Made by a program: the position numbers and the translations under genes. Under the pieces are notes generated by a model. That model did not search any database. It was not told the DNA's origin and saw nothing but the letters and a program-made list of their open reading frames with translations. This document shows positions 1-14,000 of a stretch of 64,000 nt of DNA, in pieces. Source of the stretch: Takakia lepidozioides (taxonomy: Eukaryota; Plantae; Bryophyta); assembly GCA_030704615.1 (NCBI GenBank), contig CM060733.1, positions 63,302,001-63,366,000 of the forward strand, given 5' to 3'. How positions within the stretch are numbered: position 1 is the stretch's first letter; each line of letters starts with the position of its first letter.

Positions 1-1899
1 GCTGTGTAAGATAGACTCCTACAGGGAAATCAGAGGGAGGAGAGAGTACAAATTAAGTCCAATCCGGCCCACAGTTCATCTAGGATTCCTCATCGTTCGT
101 TAGTCTAGATATCTTAGAGATGTCATTGTGTTGAAGGATTCATACACATGTACAAAAATATTGTTCAACACTGAACCCTTCCTCCCACCCCGATGCTTTT
201 CTTGGGGCCACCAACATTATCTCTAGATGTTAAAAAACACATACAATAGTTTTTCAATTGCAAGATCAAATTTTGACGTTTCGAGCTGCGAACACTAGTT
301 CGCCAATTTTGTAATAAATGATTGGATGGTGTCGCGAAGTCGACTCTGCCAATTCCCTGAGACTCCTAGCCCAGAATGAAGGTGGAGAGGTTTAATGCAG
401 AATTGCAGGATGTGCATGGCTACATTGACTATGGTAAATGCGTCGACATGATCCAGTGCGATCATTGAAAAGGCCGATTTGACTTCTAAGACAAGAACTA
501 GAAAAATGAAACAATCCAAAACCCTTTGGCAAACCAAGGTTGAAAGCCTTCACCCCTCGCTCAAGTCTCTCCCCCCTCAAATTTCCCAAATGCTTCTTCA
601 TCTTGACTGCAATTGCGCTTCATCGTGAGAAGGAGACATAATCATAGAAAGAGGAGTATCGTACACGTCCTCAAACCCTAACAAAACCCATCAAGATGCC
701 GTCCAAGAGAAGGCAGCAGTACCTTGCAAACCATTGGGCGTGCCTCCATGCAAACACAACGCGGGGCAGGCCACACAAACCAGAAGAACCAGAGACAGAA
801 AGAACAAGGTGTAGGGCGCGGGCATGGCCCTCATGGTATCATGGAGATGACGATGGGTGAAGGGATCCAACTAAAAACCAAAACCTGCTTTCTCTCAAAA
901 AGATAACTACAGAAACTACGAGGATCCCAAACGCAACTATACAAGAAATAGCAGAATCTTCGGAAATATGACCAAACCAACCACAGCAGAATGGGTTGCG
1001 GCGATCCCAACGACACTACAAAACCTGGTCTTTTCTTCAAACAGATAACTACGAGGACCACGATTTTCACAAATGGAACTACCGACGGGGAAGGATATTA
1101 GAAGGAGTGGCAAGGAAAGCACTGCGGGATTGTGTATCGCGCGACATTCTGGGAGGCTCGCTCGTCTCTCTCTATTCCTCGAATAAGAGCGCGCCTTCTC
1201 CAACTCAAAAAAGCTCTTAGAGTGACCGGCTGATACCGGTCACAGGTCACTATATCATGGATGTCATATCGAATGTACAGTATATCTTACGATTTGGTAT
1301 GTAATGCATATCATACATCACATATCTCGTACGATCTATGATGCATGCATATTATGTCAAATTTGAACATTTCATTTTTTTCTGATATTTTATTCTGTGA
1401 GGGGAAAAAAAATAAACCCCTGTGGGGCCATAAGGCAAACACGGAGAGAAAACCATCCAAGAGGATGAGGCGGAATGCTACGACTATGAACAACAGCTAG
1501 GAGAGGGCCATGAGCGAATCTAGAGCTCACGAGATGCGAGCTCCAAAATGAGGGCAAGGGTATGCCGACTAGCCCTTACAGTTTCCTACCACTGCGATCA
1601 ATGAGAAGAGCATCCTATAAGTGAACGAGCAGTTAGAACATGGAAGCCAGGATCAGCCTGAGAGAAGAAAGCAATGGAAAGAACAGTTTTGAGCAATCCA
1701 CTTCAAACAAGGATTGGAGCCTGAGAGAGAGAAAAATAAAGAGAACACTAGAGTGAAGCGAACTTGGAGACAGAGAAAAGGGAGAATGGAACAGCAGCTG
1801 GCGTTGGAAATCACTACTTGCCGAAGCTAAGCCGAGTCGAGTTTCTGCCATCGATGTGTTTCCAATTAATTTCCCTGTCGAACTCCAGTGAGTCATGGT

Positions 1900-3165
1900 A
1901 GTGCAGTGATTGCCCCTTGCCAGGAGTCTGGTGGGCTTCTGGCCCAGAGACAAATTGCCGACGAAGAGCAGCTGCATATGATGTTGTCTTTCCCCCAAGA
2001 GCATTTGAATTTGCTGACGAGCTGATATTCAGCCTCTGGATTCCTGTTGATGTCTACAATCATTTTCGCCAAGCCTTTCTTCCCTCAATTTGCACCTCAT
2101 GGAATATTGTAGATAAAAGCACAGAGAGACAAGTCTTCTCCCTATTTAAAACCCATGAACATCTTACTTTCCAGATGTTCCATAGAGAGATAGATTTGAA
2201 TGCCTCATAAACCGGACAGTGACTGTGTATGTTGTGAAGGTTCCCATCATAGTTAAGAAGCTTGTGGGTTGCCCAGGGGATTCCAGGTTCGCATATCTGC
2301 ATGATGGGTATGAGGCGGGGCCAGATTTTGATGGGATACTGCAACGGAGGAGACAGTGTTCCAGAGATTTCGACTACCCTATGCTGCAGCATTTGCAAAT
2401 TAATGCCTCCGAGAAGGCCAGCCAGGCACCTACTTTCAGAACCCTATTTGCTACTTGCCAAAGAAAGGCTGCCACTTTGGCAGGCCTGACCTTGTTCCAT
2501 ATGTTGGCCCATATGAGATTCCATCTAGCCAGATTCAAGCCGTAGTCGGGCCCATTTGGAGGCCCATTTTTCCTGAAATTGCTGAGATTTTAGCAGTGAA
2601 CGGTATGTTGCCTTGGCTGAGTAGTTGAGGAACGAAGAACAGGATGTTCCAAAATTCCAGGACCATTCTTTTGGGTCCACCATGACCCCCATAAGGGGCA
2701 CACCTTCCACCCAGAGAAATAGTTGAGATGAGAGCCAAACATTTAGGGGTTGTCCCATTGGAGCACTCGGGTTCATGTCTCTTTCGGGAGAAGACCACTG
2801 GCACATACAAACTGGAGTGAACTCCCCAGTAGAGATAGTCACTGGATTCAACGATTCCACCACAAGAAAGTTTGATAGCTCAATTTTGTTTAGAACTATG
2901 CCCTTAAATTGGTTGGGCCGAGCTTCAGTGATGTAGATAACCTGATGAAGGGCTGCAGAGCAGGTGACCCAGCTGCCAGGGCAAGCTTGTTGAGGGCCTG
3001 CCGCGAGATATTGAATCCAGTTGATAGGAATATTTTGAATTAACTGGTGGAAACCTGACGTTCCTCTTTGAGGACCTACTATTGCATTAATTTGGTCCAG
3101 AGACAAAAAATCCCGACCGCTCCAAATGTCTTTGATTTGGGCTATGTTCAATTTATCCCAGGCTG
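1900..3165 (-). mobile_element. L1-like LINE ORF2 C-terminal part (zf-RVT region), degenerate; split by MULE element 1
   Basis: ORFs 2525-3151 and 2060-2398 plus a CxxC..H..C zinc-finger remnant. Removing element 1 and one TSD joins the frame as ...KASATKFSAWDKLNIAQIKDIW... with the RT-bearing part at >18983. Left boundary approximate. Confidence 0.8.
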
Positions 3166-5779
3166 AGAATTTTGGGGGGGTTGCAAATCCATGAGCATGA
3201 GCGGTGAGCGCATGAGCATGAGCAGAGTTTCCCGACCCTCGCCCAAACCTACACCGAACCTACTCTAAGGTGGAGGTCGGGAACTAAAACTGCCGACTTA
3301 ATGCATAGTGGTAACACTCCACGGAAATAGAAGCTGGAACGCCTATCACCATAGGTTGCAGATCAATCAACAGAGTATTAACCTGTTTCATTTGGATATT
3401 TGTGACCGGCAATTTATAACTTCAGCAGACTAGGCTCAGCACTCCAGCAATTCCAAACCAGGGGAATGTGAAGGGTTGGAGGATGGCGAGGATATGAAGA
3501 TCATGTAATTAAGAAGACTGAACATCGACATTGGAGTAAAATTTTGCGCAACATTCAATTACACCCATATCATTGTACGATATTTTCCAAATGATTCAGC
3601 GCATCAGATAAACCCCTTTGTATTTAGGGTTTAGGGTAAAGCAAATGCAACTACGTATTATTCGGACTACCAGGGTCCTCACCATACTCCGACGCTATGT
3701 CCTGCAACACCCCAGAAACTACTGTTGCGGCGGAGGGACCCGGTAGCAAGTCGAGGCCAAGTCTTAAACTGATCTTTGGGCTAGGAGTCCTCTCCTCACC
3801 AACGACCTCGTCAACATACTCTTCGTCGGAGCCTTCCTCGGTCGTTGGAAGAAGGTGCCATCTCACGTGCCCCGCGGAAGAAGGTGTCATCTTGTCGTTT
3901 GTGGAGTCTATCCTCCCTGACCATGTTCCTGACCACATCCTCAGTGACGCTGTTGTGGTCAGTGTCAAGCTTTGCAGCTATCTCCCGCAAGTTGAAATTG
4001 GCGTCCATGCCCCTCAATACGCAAAATGCATAGTCTGCAATTACAAATTTGAGGAGGAACCACATCAGATTGGTATTATGTAAGAGAAGACACACAACAT
4101 TCTGTAAAGGTTATGTTTGAAGAAACTAATGGACTTTGTAGCTGCACAATTCTAAAATGAGTTGTGGTAGTCGTTACAGACTATAACGTCGAAACCACAC
4201 AATTTTGATTGATAGTCGGCACCGACAATGATCCGAACAAATCCGACCAAATCGGTACCAACCAAATTCGATGTTCCGGCACTTCAATGACTAAGTAACA
4301 AGACACAACATTCTAATAGTCGGTGCCGACTATAAATATTAACGTGGGTGCACTGAGAAATAGTCAGTGCCAACTATGCAAAAACAGTATGCGGCCCGAG
4401 ACATAGTTTGCACCGACTATATATCTATAGACAACCCATAATTAAAACAATAGATATTTGACGACTATTAAATACATTTTTAAAAGAATGTCGATGAAGA
4501 TGTGGTACATGCGATGAAAAGTTGAAAGTGCTCATCAAACAATATAAGCAGTTTAGGCAGTTTGAACTTACATATGGTTGCCCTGGCTCTCCAGATTGAA
4601 GTGGTAGCCGATTGAGACAAGTCCACTTTCTCTTGATAACTTTGAAGGGCCCCGTTGGGCCCACACATCTCCGAATTTCCACCTCTGTCTTGGCATCACC
4701 CTTGCAGAAAATAACAAGGCATCCGTCGTCCTTCAGTAGGGATGCTGCCAGTGCGAGTGCATGCGGGACGGTATCCTTTGACTTTGCATTCCAAGCGGGC
4801 ACAATGTCATCTATGCAACATCCTCTGGTAGACTGCCCGTCTGGGAGATCCACCATTACAAGGTCTGCCCCCGCTTTAGGGACTATGCCACCCCTACGCA
4901 ATGGCTCGGGGGAGCGGTGCCTCTCCAGAAACTCGTCGATATCTCTCCCTAGGCTCTGGCCACTTACTCATTGTTCCTTTGGATGCAAGCCTGCGGATGA
5001 CCAGCTGGAACCAATCGCACTTGAGGCATGCTACGTCTGTGTTTGGTACCCCTTCTCGCAAAGAGATAGCCTCGTAAAGCATCACGGTTGAGAACTGCAT
5101 GCCCCTACCGTCACTTGTGTTTGCCCAAGCAGGGTTTCGAGAAGATCGATTCCTTCGCTCAATCTAGAAGTTGTGTAGGGCGTCTGTAAACGTCAGTTAG
5201 TTGTCTATCCTCTGAGCACCATCTGTCTCATCCACACCCTCCACACCTTGATTGCCTGCAGGCCTTGTGCCGGGGGGGGGGGGTTGCCTGCCCTGTGGTG
5301 GGTGTCTTCTTCGGTTTCTGTTTCCTTTTCCTTGGTTTCTTCTTGGCCACCGCTTCTTCCAGAGCTGTATTCGCTTGTTGCATGTGTGCGGCAGCGACAA
5401 CTGCAGCCTCCTCGGCACCCTCTTCCGTCAATGGCTCTATGTGAGTTGGTGCAGCCAGTTCGTTCTTGGTGTACTTCTTATACACTTCCAGTTCAACGTC
5501 AGGAATGATATCAGTGGGCAAATCTAGCCACCAATAGTAGGGCAGATGCGTGACTTTAGCGTACTCGCCCAACTGCCTGCCGTTGTACATTGTGCAGTTG
5601 GATCGGAGGCTGGCCCACTGTGTGACACTAGCGGGAATACGCCTAATCTGCTTGTTGGCGAGCAAATAAAAGTTTATGTACCTGTTGCAGTGTACGAAAA
5701 GTCGACGTCAGGACAAACATTGGCCTGATAGTAATGAGAAGTGTAGGATATAAAACCGAACCTTTTGGTCTCTCACCAG

Positions 5780-6690
5780 ATGTAGTAGTTGGCATCGACT
5801 ATGACACCAAATAGTTCGATGGTAGTGTCATAGTTGGTGACAACTACGACTCCTAACTGTGGGTTAGCCAGCCACCCAGCTGGGCAATACCGGAATAAGG
5901 GTGTACATTATACGACATGGATTCGAAGGACCCACCACAGAGTCGTTGCCGACTATGGAATTGAGTTAGTTTTTAATTTGCAGGCTAAAGTCACGCCCTT
6001 CTTGCAATAGTCGACAGCGACTATGATTCCGTAAAGGGCAAAACCTGTGTCATAGTCACTGGCGACTATGACCAGGCCAACTTTGGGTACGACAGGGCCG
6101 GCTTTCTATAGTCGTTGCCGACTATACCCAATGGATATCCTATACCCAATGGCTACCCTATATTGAATTGAGTTGGTTTTTAATTTGCGGGCAGTAGTCA
6201 CGGCCCATTTGCAATAGTTGGCAGCGACTATGAACCAATAAGGGGCAAAACCCGTGTCATAGTCGGTGGCGACTATGACCAGGCCAACTTTGGCTACGAG
6301 AGGGTTGGCTTACTATAGTCGTTGCCGTCTATACCCAACGGCTACCCTATATAAAATTGAGTTTGTTTTGAATTTGCGGGCAGTAGTCACGGCCCTCTTG
6401 CAATAGTCGGCAGCGACTATGCACTCCCAAGGGGCAAAACTTGTGTCATAGTCGGTGGTGACTATGACCAGGCCAATTTGGATACGGCAGGGCCGGCTTG
6501 GTATAGTCGTTGCCGACTATACCCAATGGCTACCCTTTACCCAATACCCTATACCTAACCCTATACCCAATGGCGCCTTTCTTTAGTCGTTGCCGATTAT
6601 GAGTACAATGTCTGAGCCCAATAGTCGGCGCCAACCACGAGCAACAACACTACTGCCGACTACTGGAATGTTTGCCGACTACAACGAGCC
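5780..6690. repeat. Intronic array of the element-1 palindrome ATAGTCGG-NN-CCGACTAT, including a ~190-207-bp higher-order triplication
   Basis: Copies near 5787, 5830, 5941, 6009, 6054, 6110, 6216, 6261, 6317, 6405, 6450, 6505, 6585 and 6623. Confidence 0.9.
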
Positions 6691-8068
6691 TACATATTCT
6701 TTTTCGACCGCTACTTCCCACACCCATTTTGTTGTATGGCATATGCGGAGGGTGGGTGAATTGCATTGACAATTATGTACCTGTACAGGAGCCTGCGAGC
6801 TGGTAAAGTTCCACCAGGCTGCTCAGTAATTGGCCAACTGCGGGCAGGCCCATCCTTCATCTCGCACCAGAATAGCTCCTTCCAGAACTTGAGGCGGAAA
6901 TCGTCCACCCAGACAGAGAGGGTCTTCAGAGTGGGAGCCTCTTCCTGGGTTGGCAGCTGCAGGAACCCTTTCTCAACCAGTATGGCCAACTGCCGCTCTG
7001 CTTCCTCCTTTTGCTGCGAGTCCATCATGTCAATTGTTAGAGATGAGAAATTGCAATAACTGTAACATGAAGCCACCACTAGTATTGCCAACATCTCACC
7101 TGGAACCACCATGTCATTTTGTCGCACCACAAGCCAAACACCACATCTGTTGGAGCATGGGGGAATTTTCCATTTTTGCGGGTTGTCGAGTCAGAATTCC
7201 ACAGCTTCAACCATAAAATCTTCTCCTTCGGGCTGACCTCGCTAGTGGCAAGCATCTGCAACTTCTCGAGACTCATTTCCGGCTTCTGGTTGACGGCAAG
7301 AGACTTGTAATGCATGGTTATCTAAAAAAGAAAGCCAGTTTCCAGTGCAGGATCGCAGATTGAAGAATATTTTGCGATTTTGGTGTACCACTTCGTCCTG
7401 TGCACCTGGAAATCGCTTGCCAGTTTCTTCCGGATGAGGTCGGTGTTCTCAGCGGTGGTAGGCAGGTGGGCATGGGCATCCAAGCAGGCATTTCTAATTC
7501 TACAGAATCCCTCCTGACCCATATACTCTATTAGGGCGTCCCGCGGCATTGTCATCCAGTTCCCATCCCGCTTGTTCAAGCACTTCTCGTAGACGTCCGC
7601 TGGAAGAGCTGATTGGTACTGTTCAACAGATGTAGTTGCGCACTTCTGGAAGTAGAATAGCTTGTGCGGAAGCTTGTTGGACACATTTCCACGATCTGTC
7701 ACGTTGCAAAACACACGAAACAAGACCTTCATGTGACCATGGACCTTATTGAAATTCGTGAAAAAAAATACTACCTACAAAACTGAGCAGGGATTTTAGG
7801 GTTTAGGGTGGGCTCCATGGTATAGTCGGCGCAGACCATACTTTTAGCGAGGCAGTTGTCAACGGAGGCATTGTGGGGAATCTTCTCTGAACTCCCTCCC
7901 ACCAGGCAATACTTCCCACTCCATCTCACACTACACGTCTAATTAATGAATGTCCACAAAGCACCCACTGGGACTGCTTATGCAAGACCTGCAACCCCAT
8001 GCAAACGACATCCCCGAATTGCTAAACCCTATACTTATGCTCATGTGAGTTGAAGAGGAGAAAAAAAC

Positions 8069-8638
8069 TCACACATTCATACGGTTCATTGCACGCCGTA
8101 TGAGGCCCAGATCAGAACTTTTCACATCCATAATCTTGGCGTTCACCCGGTAGTGCCAGCTCGCCTCGTCTGTGTGCTGCTTGCGTATGACCTCCATCCA
8201 AGCATACCACCTGTGATTCCCGTCGTAGATGTGCAGCCATTTGTTGGAGAGAAACTGCCACTCCGTGTTCTTTATGTCTTCCTCAAATGCTGCATCCGCT
8301 GCCTGCCAATGTTCAGACCATGCATCCCGATCTCCTTGTTGGATTTCTTGGCTCTGTCCACTGTCGTCGTTGATGGAAAGTAGTAGTGATGCAAGTGCAT
8401 CATTGTACCTGTCCGCCTCAAAATACAACTTGAGCTTGTTGATGCATGGGCGCTCAGCCATGCGCACAGCCGGGAGGGGCTGCATCCTGCATAATGGTAT
8501 CCTTGGCGGAGCACCATTCCGCAGCAAGTGCGAAATAGAACTCATTGTGTGGTTCATGGCACTTGTAGTGAGTGAGAGTAGGGCTTGCTTCCGCATGTCG
8601 CCAGTCAAAACAACGTCCGCTAGAACACTGTCTTGCAC
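8069..8638 (-). CDS. ParB/Sulfiredoxin-like N-terminal domain exon
   Basis: IPLCRM..P.VR...I.KLK..F and DGNHR match the GxHR signature of the ParB/Srx fold; homologous to 38868-39300. Confidence 0.7.
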   Translation of the reverse strand: MQDSVLADVVLTGDMRKQALLSLTTSAMNHTMSSISHLLRNGAPPRIPLCRMQPLPAVRMAERPCINKLKLYFEADRYNDALASLLLSINDDSGQSQEIQQGDRDAWSEHWQAADAAFEEDIKNTEWQFLSNKWLHIYDGNHRWYAWMEVIRKQHTDEASWHYRVNAKIMDVKSSDLGLIRRAMNRMNV

Positions 8639-11069
8639 ACTTGCAGCATTTTGAGCAGGTCCGCCACCCTGTGCGCTCGTTGCTGGACCTGGCGATGCAC
8701 CACTTCAAAAAACGGGGGAGAGGGGAGGACGATCCATCAATGGTGTGGCCGCTGTAGACACCAAACCGCCTTCCTGTGAAGTCGTTGATTTCTTACAAAG
8801 TTTCACTAATTTCTGGGAGGTCTAGCACCCTCGCTGCTCTGTTGGGAGACCACCGTCCGCCCGCGCAGTATGCGTGTTTGCGTGGGCAACACAAACTCCC
8901 CCTCTTCCTCCGCTTGAGGCTCCATGACGACAACGTTCCCCTGCTCGAAAATAGAAAGTGAAGCCGAAGAGTCGGGCACCGCAGAGGAGAATCCGCATGA
9001 CCGTATGCACTGCCGAACCCGGAAAGGGATCAGAACCCGTCCTACGCGGGCCGTAACGTATGCCTGAAATTGAGGTAGTGCCACGCAGCCGGCTACACGC
9101 CGTAACCGGACTATGTGCCACGTGGCCCGCGCCAAAATTCAAATAGCAATAACGGATGAAAAATCGAATCCCCCATCCATGGAAGCACGCCATCCGTTGT
9201 CATCCGATGTGGATGTTAAATGTGCGTCGAATTAACTCCATCCAAACCTACATCAGAAATATGAGATGGCTGCCACATCCCCAAAATTGAGAAATAGCCT
9301 CCTACCACTCCGCTAGTAATTTCCGACACGTGGCCTGGACTCCATCCAAATAGTTTAGGATGAGAAATATAAGAAGAATGAATGGTAAAATTTATGGTCA
9401 ATCGAACGCTGTCAATGTCAATATCCACGAATCTATTATGGGTGCAATGGGGGTCCGGGTTTGCAGAACGTCATCTTAAATGGTATAATCAACTTCGAAT
9501 ATCCGAACTCCATATCGGAACTTCATATCCCCGAATCTTAATATCCTCTACAGGCTCGTGGAAGTTTCTGGAGGAGCAGAAATTATGAGTCACATAGCGC
9601 ATATTCCGGATGTGAATGACTAAATCTAATTTGCAAATTAAAGAGTGTCTGTCTTGAAATATCACGAATTTTGACATAGCCAATAATATCACCTCAATCA
9701 CATGGTTTGTGGTATGGGAATGGAGGGACTGTGGGGAGGGGTTTTGGATCAGGGTCGGTTTGGGGAACTTGAGAGTTTTGTCTCTCCGTTGTAGCTGGTT
9801 GGGTGGGAGATGCGGAGTGGTCCAGATGGCAGGGCATGCTCTTGTGGGTGGTAATGTGGGAACATTGTGTGTGGCTTTAGAACCAGGCTAGTGAACTGAT
9901 GGCATGAAATGTGCATTGTAGAGTTGATGAAGCGGAATCTTCTTTAGGAATGGCAGACTTCTGATAAACAGTGAGTATGCCAGCATCACGGGCTGAGTGT
10001 TCATGCTCTTGCTACACCTCCAGTGTGATTGAATTTTTTCCAACAGAGGATTATTTCTCCCGTGTGTATGGCATGATGGTTTAGTGTGTTACATGGTTTG
10101 TCCATCTGTCTTGCATAGGTTGATTTGCTTGCTTGCCCTTGCAGTGTAATGGATGCCTATGCCTATCCCTGAAGAGTTGAATTGGCAACCACACAGTCGG
10201 GAAATGCCATCCGCAAGAATTGGTCAGCACCGACCATCACTATAATGCCTTTGAAGTGGATGTGTTCACTGTCTTTAACTCTGTAAATTTCCACAAATTT
10301 CAATAATTCCATAAGGTCGGTGTCGACTTGGATATCATCGACTGCCTCCATGCGGCGCAAACCGCCACAACATCCGCCAAGCACATTTGTCGGCGCCGAC
10401 TACACCCTCACAATGTGGGAAATGGTTTTAATTTCAACCGAGTATCTGAAGGTCGGTCCCGACTACAAGCACATTTAAACCAAAAAAATTATTGGAAGGC
10501 AAATTTGTGCGTTCGTACGGAAGTCGGCAGCGACTACAGTGCATTAATGGAAAGCGCTTGTCAATTTAAGCAATAGTCGCTGCCGACTATTCCGTTCGCA
10601 TGCCAATTTGCCAAAAAAGCCACATGAAATGAACATCTTTAGCGACCTTGTCAGATCTGTTGGCCGACTTCAACAAAAACTGGTATAGTCGCCAACGACT
10701 ACTCCAATTCGTCTTCCAATTCAATGTAAATCTGCCTGATCCGTCGCCGGAATTAATTTGAACTTTATGAAGTCGGTACCGACTACGGAAGAAAACCTGT
10801 CCCACTAACTATTTCACAATGTTCATGCCTTTCAAATAGGCGTGGTCGGCAACGACAATAAGGCATCCCCCTGTGGCGTAGAACAAATTCAGATAAAGAG
10901 GAGGTTAATGGTTGTTTCGAAATGGCCGTTGCCAGCTGAACATGCCGCCGCCAGTTGTTGCGCATACGATTTTCATCCGACCTAAAATCCATTAAATATT
11001 CCTTTTGCATTTATTTTTTACCGTTGTTGACGTACAGTTCGTTAGGAAATCGTAAACTGCGTTGCATGC

Positions 11070-14000
11070 TTGCAACAGGTCATGTGCTCCTCATCTGCCC
11101 CAATGCTCACACGCTATGTAGATTCGGCAAAGTACTCCAGTTTGCACGTCGGTGTCCCGGACAGCGACCCAGGCTTGAAGCAACCGAACATGGAACGGTT
11201 CGTGAGGCTGCAATGTCCACCGCCCTCCGATCTTGTGAAGGTGAAGGCACAGGGAGACCAGATGTTCCTGCTTGACAAAGTAATACTTGGAAGGTTTAAT
11301 CTAGACCCTCTCGCTCTTATTGTTGAGGTGGAGGACGTCAGTGAAGGGGGCGTCACCGAAACCCGCATCTTGGATCCAGTTCGAGACGCTGAGAACAAGT
11401 CATGGGTTCTGCCATTTACAGGTGAGGTTGTATACAAAGTATTTGGTGTCCGAGCTACGACAGATAGGCTGTCGACTTCTCGTGAGCAACCTACTCTGGC
11501 TTCCGTCCGTGGTGCTAATGTGGTGAAAACTGAGAGCATTGGGATCTCTAGTGGCGCAGCGATGAATGTGTGGTTATTAGATCCAGTAGTGGAAGGCGGG
11601 AGAGCACTCCGGGAAAATCTGCTTCACCTCCACAGAAATTGCGGCGAGGGGAGTTTATGGGCAACAACGTTAAATTCGCACAGCCCGCTCAATCTATATT
11701 GGATGTGCTGAAGCTTCTGCACCTAGACTCCAAATCGCAGCTTGGAAGGATAAATTTTGAAAATGTTGAAGCAAGGAAGGTGAGATGCTTGCCGAGGATC
11801 GTTGACGGTGATGTTTTGTATGAGCTGCTGCCCACATCGAACACATCTCCAGCTGGGACCGCAAATACGACGGGAATCCATGGACGGTCACAAAAACAAC
11901 CAACATCAAGCTCCCGCTCATTGGTTCAAAAGGCGGCGCTGTGAGGTGATGTTTCCATTTTCAGTGGTGGACATTGCCATACGACTTTTTGTAGTCGGTG
12001 TAGACTTACATTGTTTGTCCAGGTAGTGCCACAATCGTATTCGAGTACTAACCAACTTTCACATGGCAGATATGTTTACTGTGTTGGAGCGTTGAGGTCC
12101 GGGGAACGTGCCCATTCTTCGTCAGGGAGGGAGCGCACAATGAGATGCACTGGTTGGGGCACTCCAAGGTACAGTTCAAGCCACAGGGCCAAGTTCCGCC
12201 AAACACCTTTGTATGCGCAGTGTGCAATCATGGACCCACATGCATGCATATTTGCCCCGCAAAAATGTTTTACGTTCTTGGTCCACCAACAATGACAAGA
12301 GCAGCCGTCCATGTTGGGAACCACTCACACCCCTCTGCACCTGGGCTGTGTCGGGAGCAGCAGCAAAGGCAAAAAGTGCCATTGCAGAAGAGATCCAAAG
12401 GTCACCCTCAGCCAGGCCCAAATCAGTTCAGCTATCTGTTGTTGAATCTATCGTCATGGAGAAGGTGTTATCTCCTGGTGCAACGGAGAGTTGGAAGCTA
12501 TCTGATGAGCAATTCGAGGAGCTTATGGAAGAAATGGGTGCAGTGAGCAGATGTGGTGTTCATTACGAGACACAGAAGACAAAAGCGGCAATGGGGATTG
12601 GGAGCGATGTGGAAGCGTTAATGACAATGAAAAGTTGGAGCGGGTACGACTATATCCAGGGCAGCCGTTTTCCAGGTCAAGGGAGTGTGGACGAGAGATC
12701 CTTTGTCTTCAAGATGTCAACTGTTGGTAAAGGCTGTGGAGTCCATTTGGTGGACATGATGCGGGTCGGTGGTGAGCTGGGGTCGAGTTGGATTATGTTC
12801 GACAACGTCTAACAAATACATGGTTGGAGCACGATGGCGTGTCACGTGTACCATTCGAATTACCGCAAGATTATGACAATCGCAATCTGTGAAATGAAAT
12901 CGGAGGATACAACATCACAAGTGATTATATGGGAGTGCATCAACGATCAGATGCGAAGAGCAGGGAAGGGCCAACCACAATTCCGAGGATTCATGGCCGA
13001 CAATGCAAATGCCAACTAGGCTGTTGTGCGTATGGTGTATGGCGGAGGGGAACCTATGCCCGATCGAGAAAGGACATGTGGCTTCCATTGGGGCCAGAGC
13101 CTGGACAAATGGACGAAAAAGTATATATTGCAGGACCTTCAAAAAGCACATATACAGCTGTGTACAAAATGGAGAGCAGCAAGTTCTGAGGCGGAAGCAG
13201 AGGTTTCGTTTGTGGCGATCCGTGCCTGGTGGTCCTCCTCCGGTGCCATGTGAGACGATGACGTTCCTGCGTTGGAAAGCTGGCTGTTGTGGTGGACATA
13301 CCGATACTACCAATTGGGAGCATATGTTCGCAATGTAAGTCTTCAGTTTCTACAAACACTGTATATGCATTTCGGTGATGCCGCTCACGTGAGCGAACGT
13401 AATGTCTTAGTTGGCACCGACTAGAGCATTACATCTCTGGAACGTGATGCATTCGTTAGGCTATATTTCTACCAAGTGCGTAACGCGCATGATCCTCCAC
13501 TCACATGAGCACGTCATAAGTTTAAAAAGAACGGTTTCCACTCGACGCTTTTATACATTCCCGAATATGCAGAACTGACATGATATGAAGTTAAACCATA
13601 TAGCTTGCGACGATTATTGCACCCGCCATCCGTACATGGTCCTTTTACTGCATAACATTTGAACCCACGGGGTATTAGTACCGTATAGTCTGCAACGACT
13701 ATATGGGATTGATATTTTTTCACAAACAGGTAATTCCATACGTGTTATATTGGTTTGGTCACATGTGAGGATAAACAAATAAGGGGCATAGTCGGTAACG
13801 ACTATGCCACCGGGAATGTAAAGCGGTTCATGCAGTTGGCCTGTACTAATAGTCTGTAGCGACTATGGCTTGGATCTGCTATGTTTCTGGGTCGGTTACT
13901 GAAACATGGGTGTCTTTTATGAGACTGCTCATATAGTCGGTAGCGACTATCTAAAGGACGTACACGCAGTACAATATTTACTAAACGTGTCGTTATAGTC

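Larger units (their letters stand above)
3651..8925 (-). pseudogene. Multi-exon cargo gene of element 1: ParB/Srx-like domain + Lys-rich linker + amino-methyltransferase-like domain + acidic tail
   Basis: IYDGNHRWYAW (8210-8224), ADLVMVDLPDG (4836-4850), KRKWTCLN and FFRGAREMAP. Exon-by-exon homology with 35186-40335 (e.g. MTWWFQ). Frameshifts present; exon limits partly inferred. Confidence 0.75.

Noticed and set aside
295-1500. Short ORFs and a GTGACCGG-N6-CCGGTCAC palindrome near 1221
   Set aside because: No recognisable domain, a single occurrence and different spacer geometry; cannot be assigned.
3622-3637. TTTAGGG telomere-like dimers (also at ~7795)
   Set aside because: Only two units each; such telo-box-like motifs are common and are not evidence of a telomere.
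5941-6623. 10.5-bp phasing of the element-1 intronic array
   Set aside because: Spacings of 45, 55-56, 68, 80 and 88 (and the 142-bp satellite) do not fit integer turns, so phasing is claimed mainly for elements 2 and 3.
13680-13688. ACCGTATAG matching the predicted TSD of element 3
   Set aside because: It lies in an element-1 intron, on the wrong side and without a TIR; a chance match.
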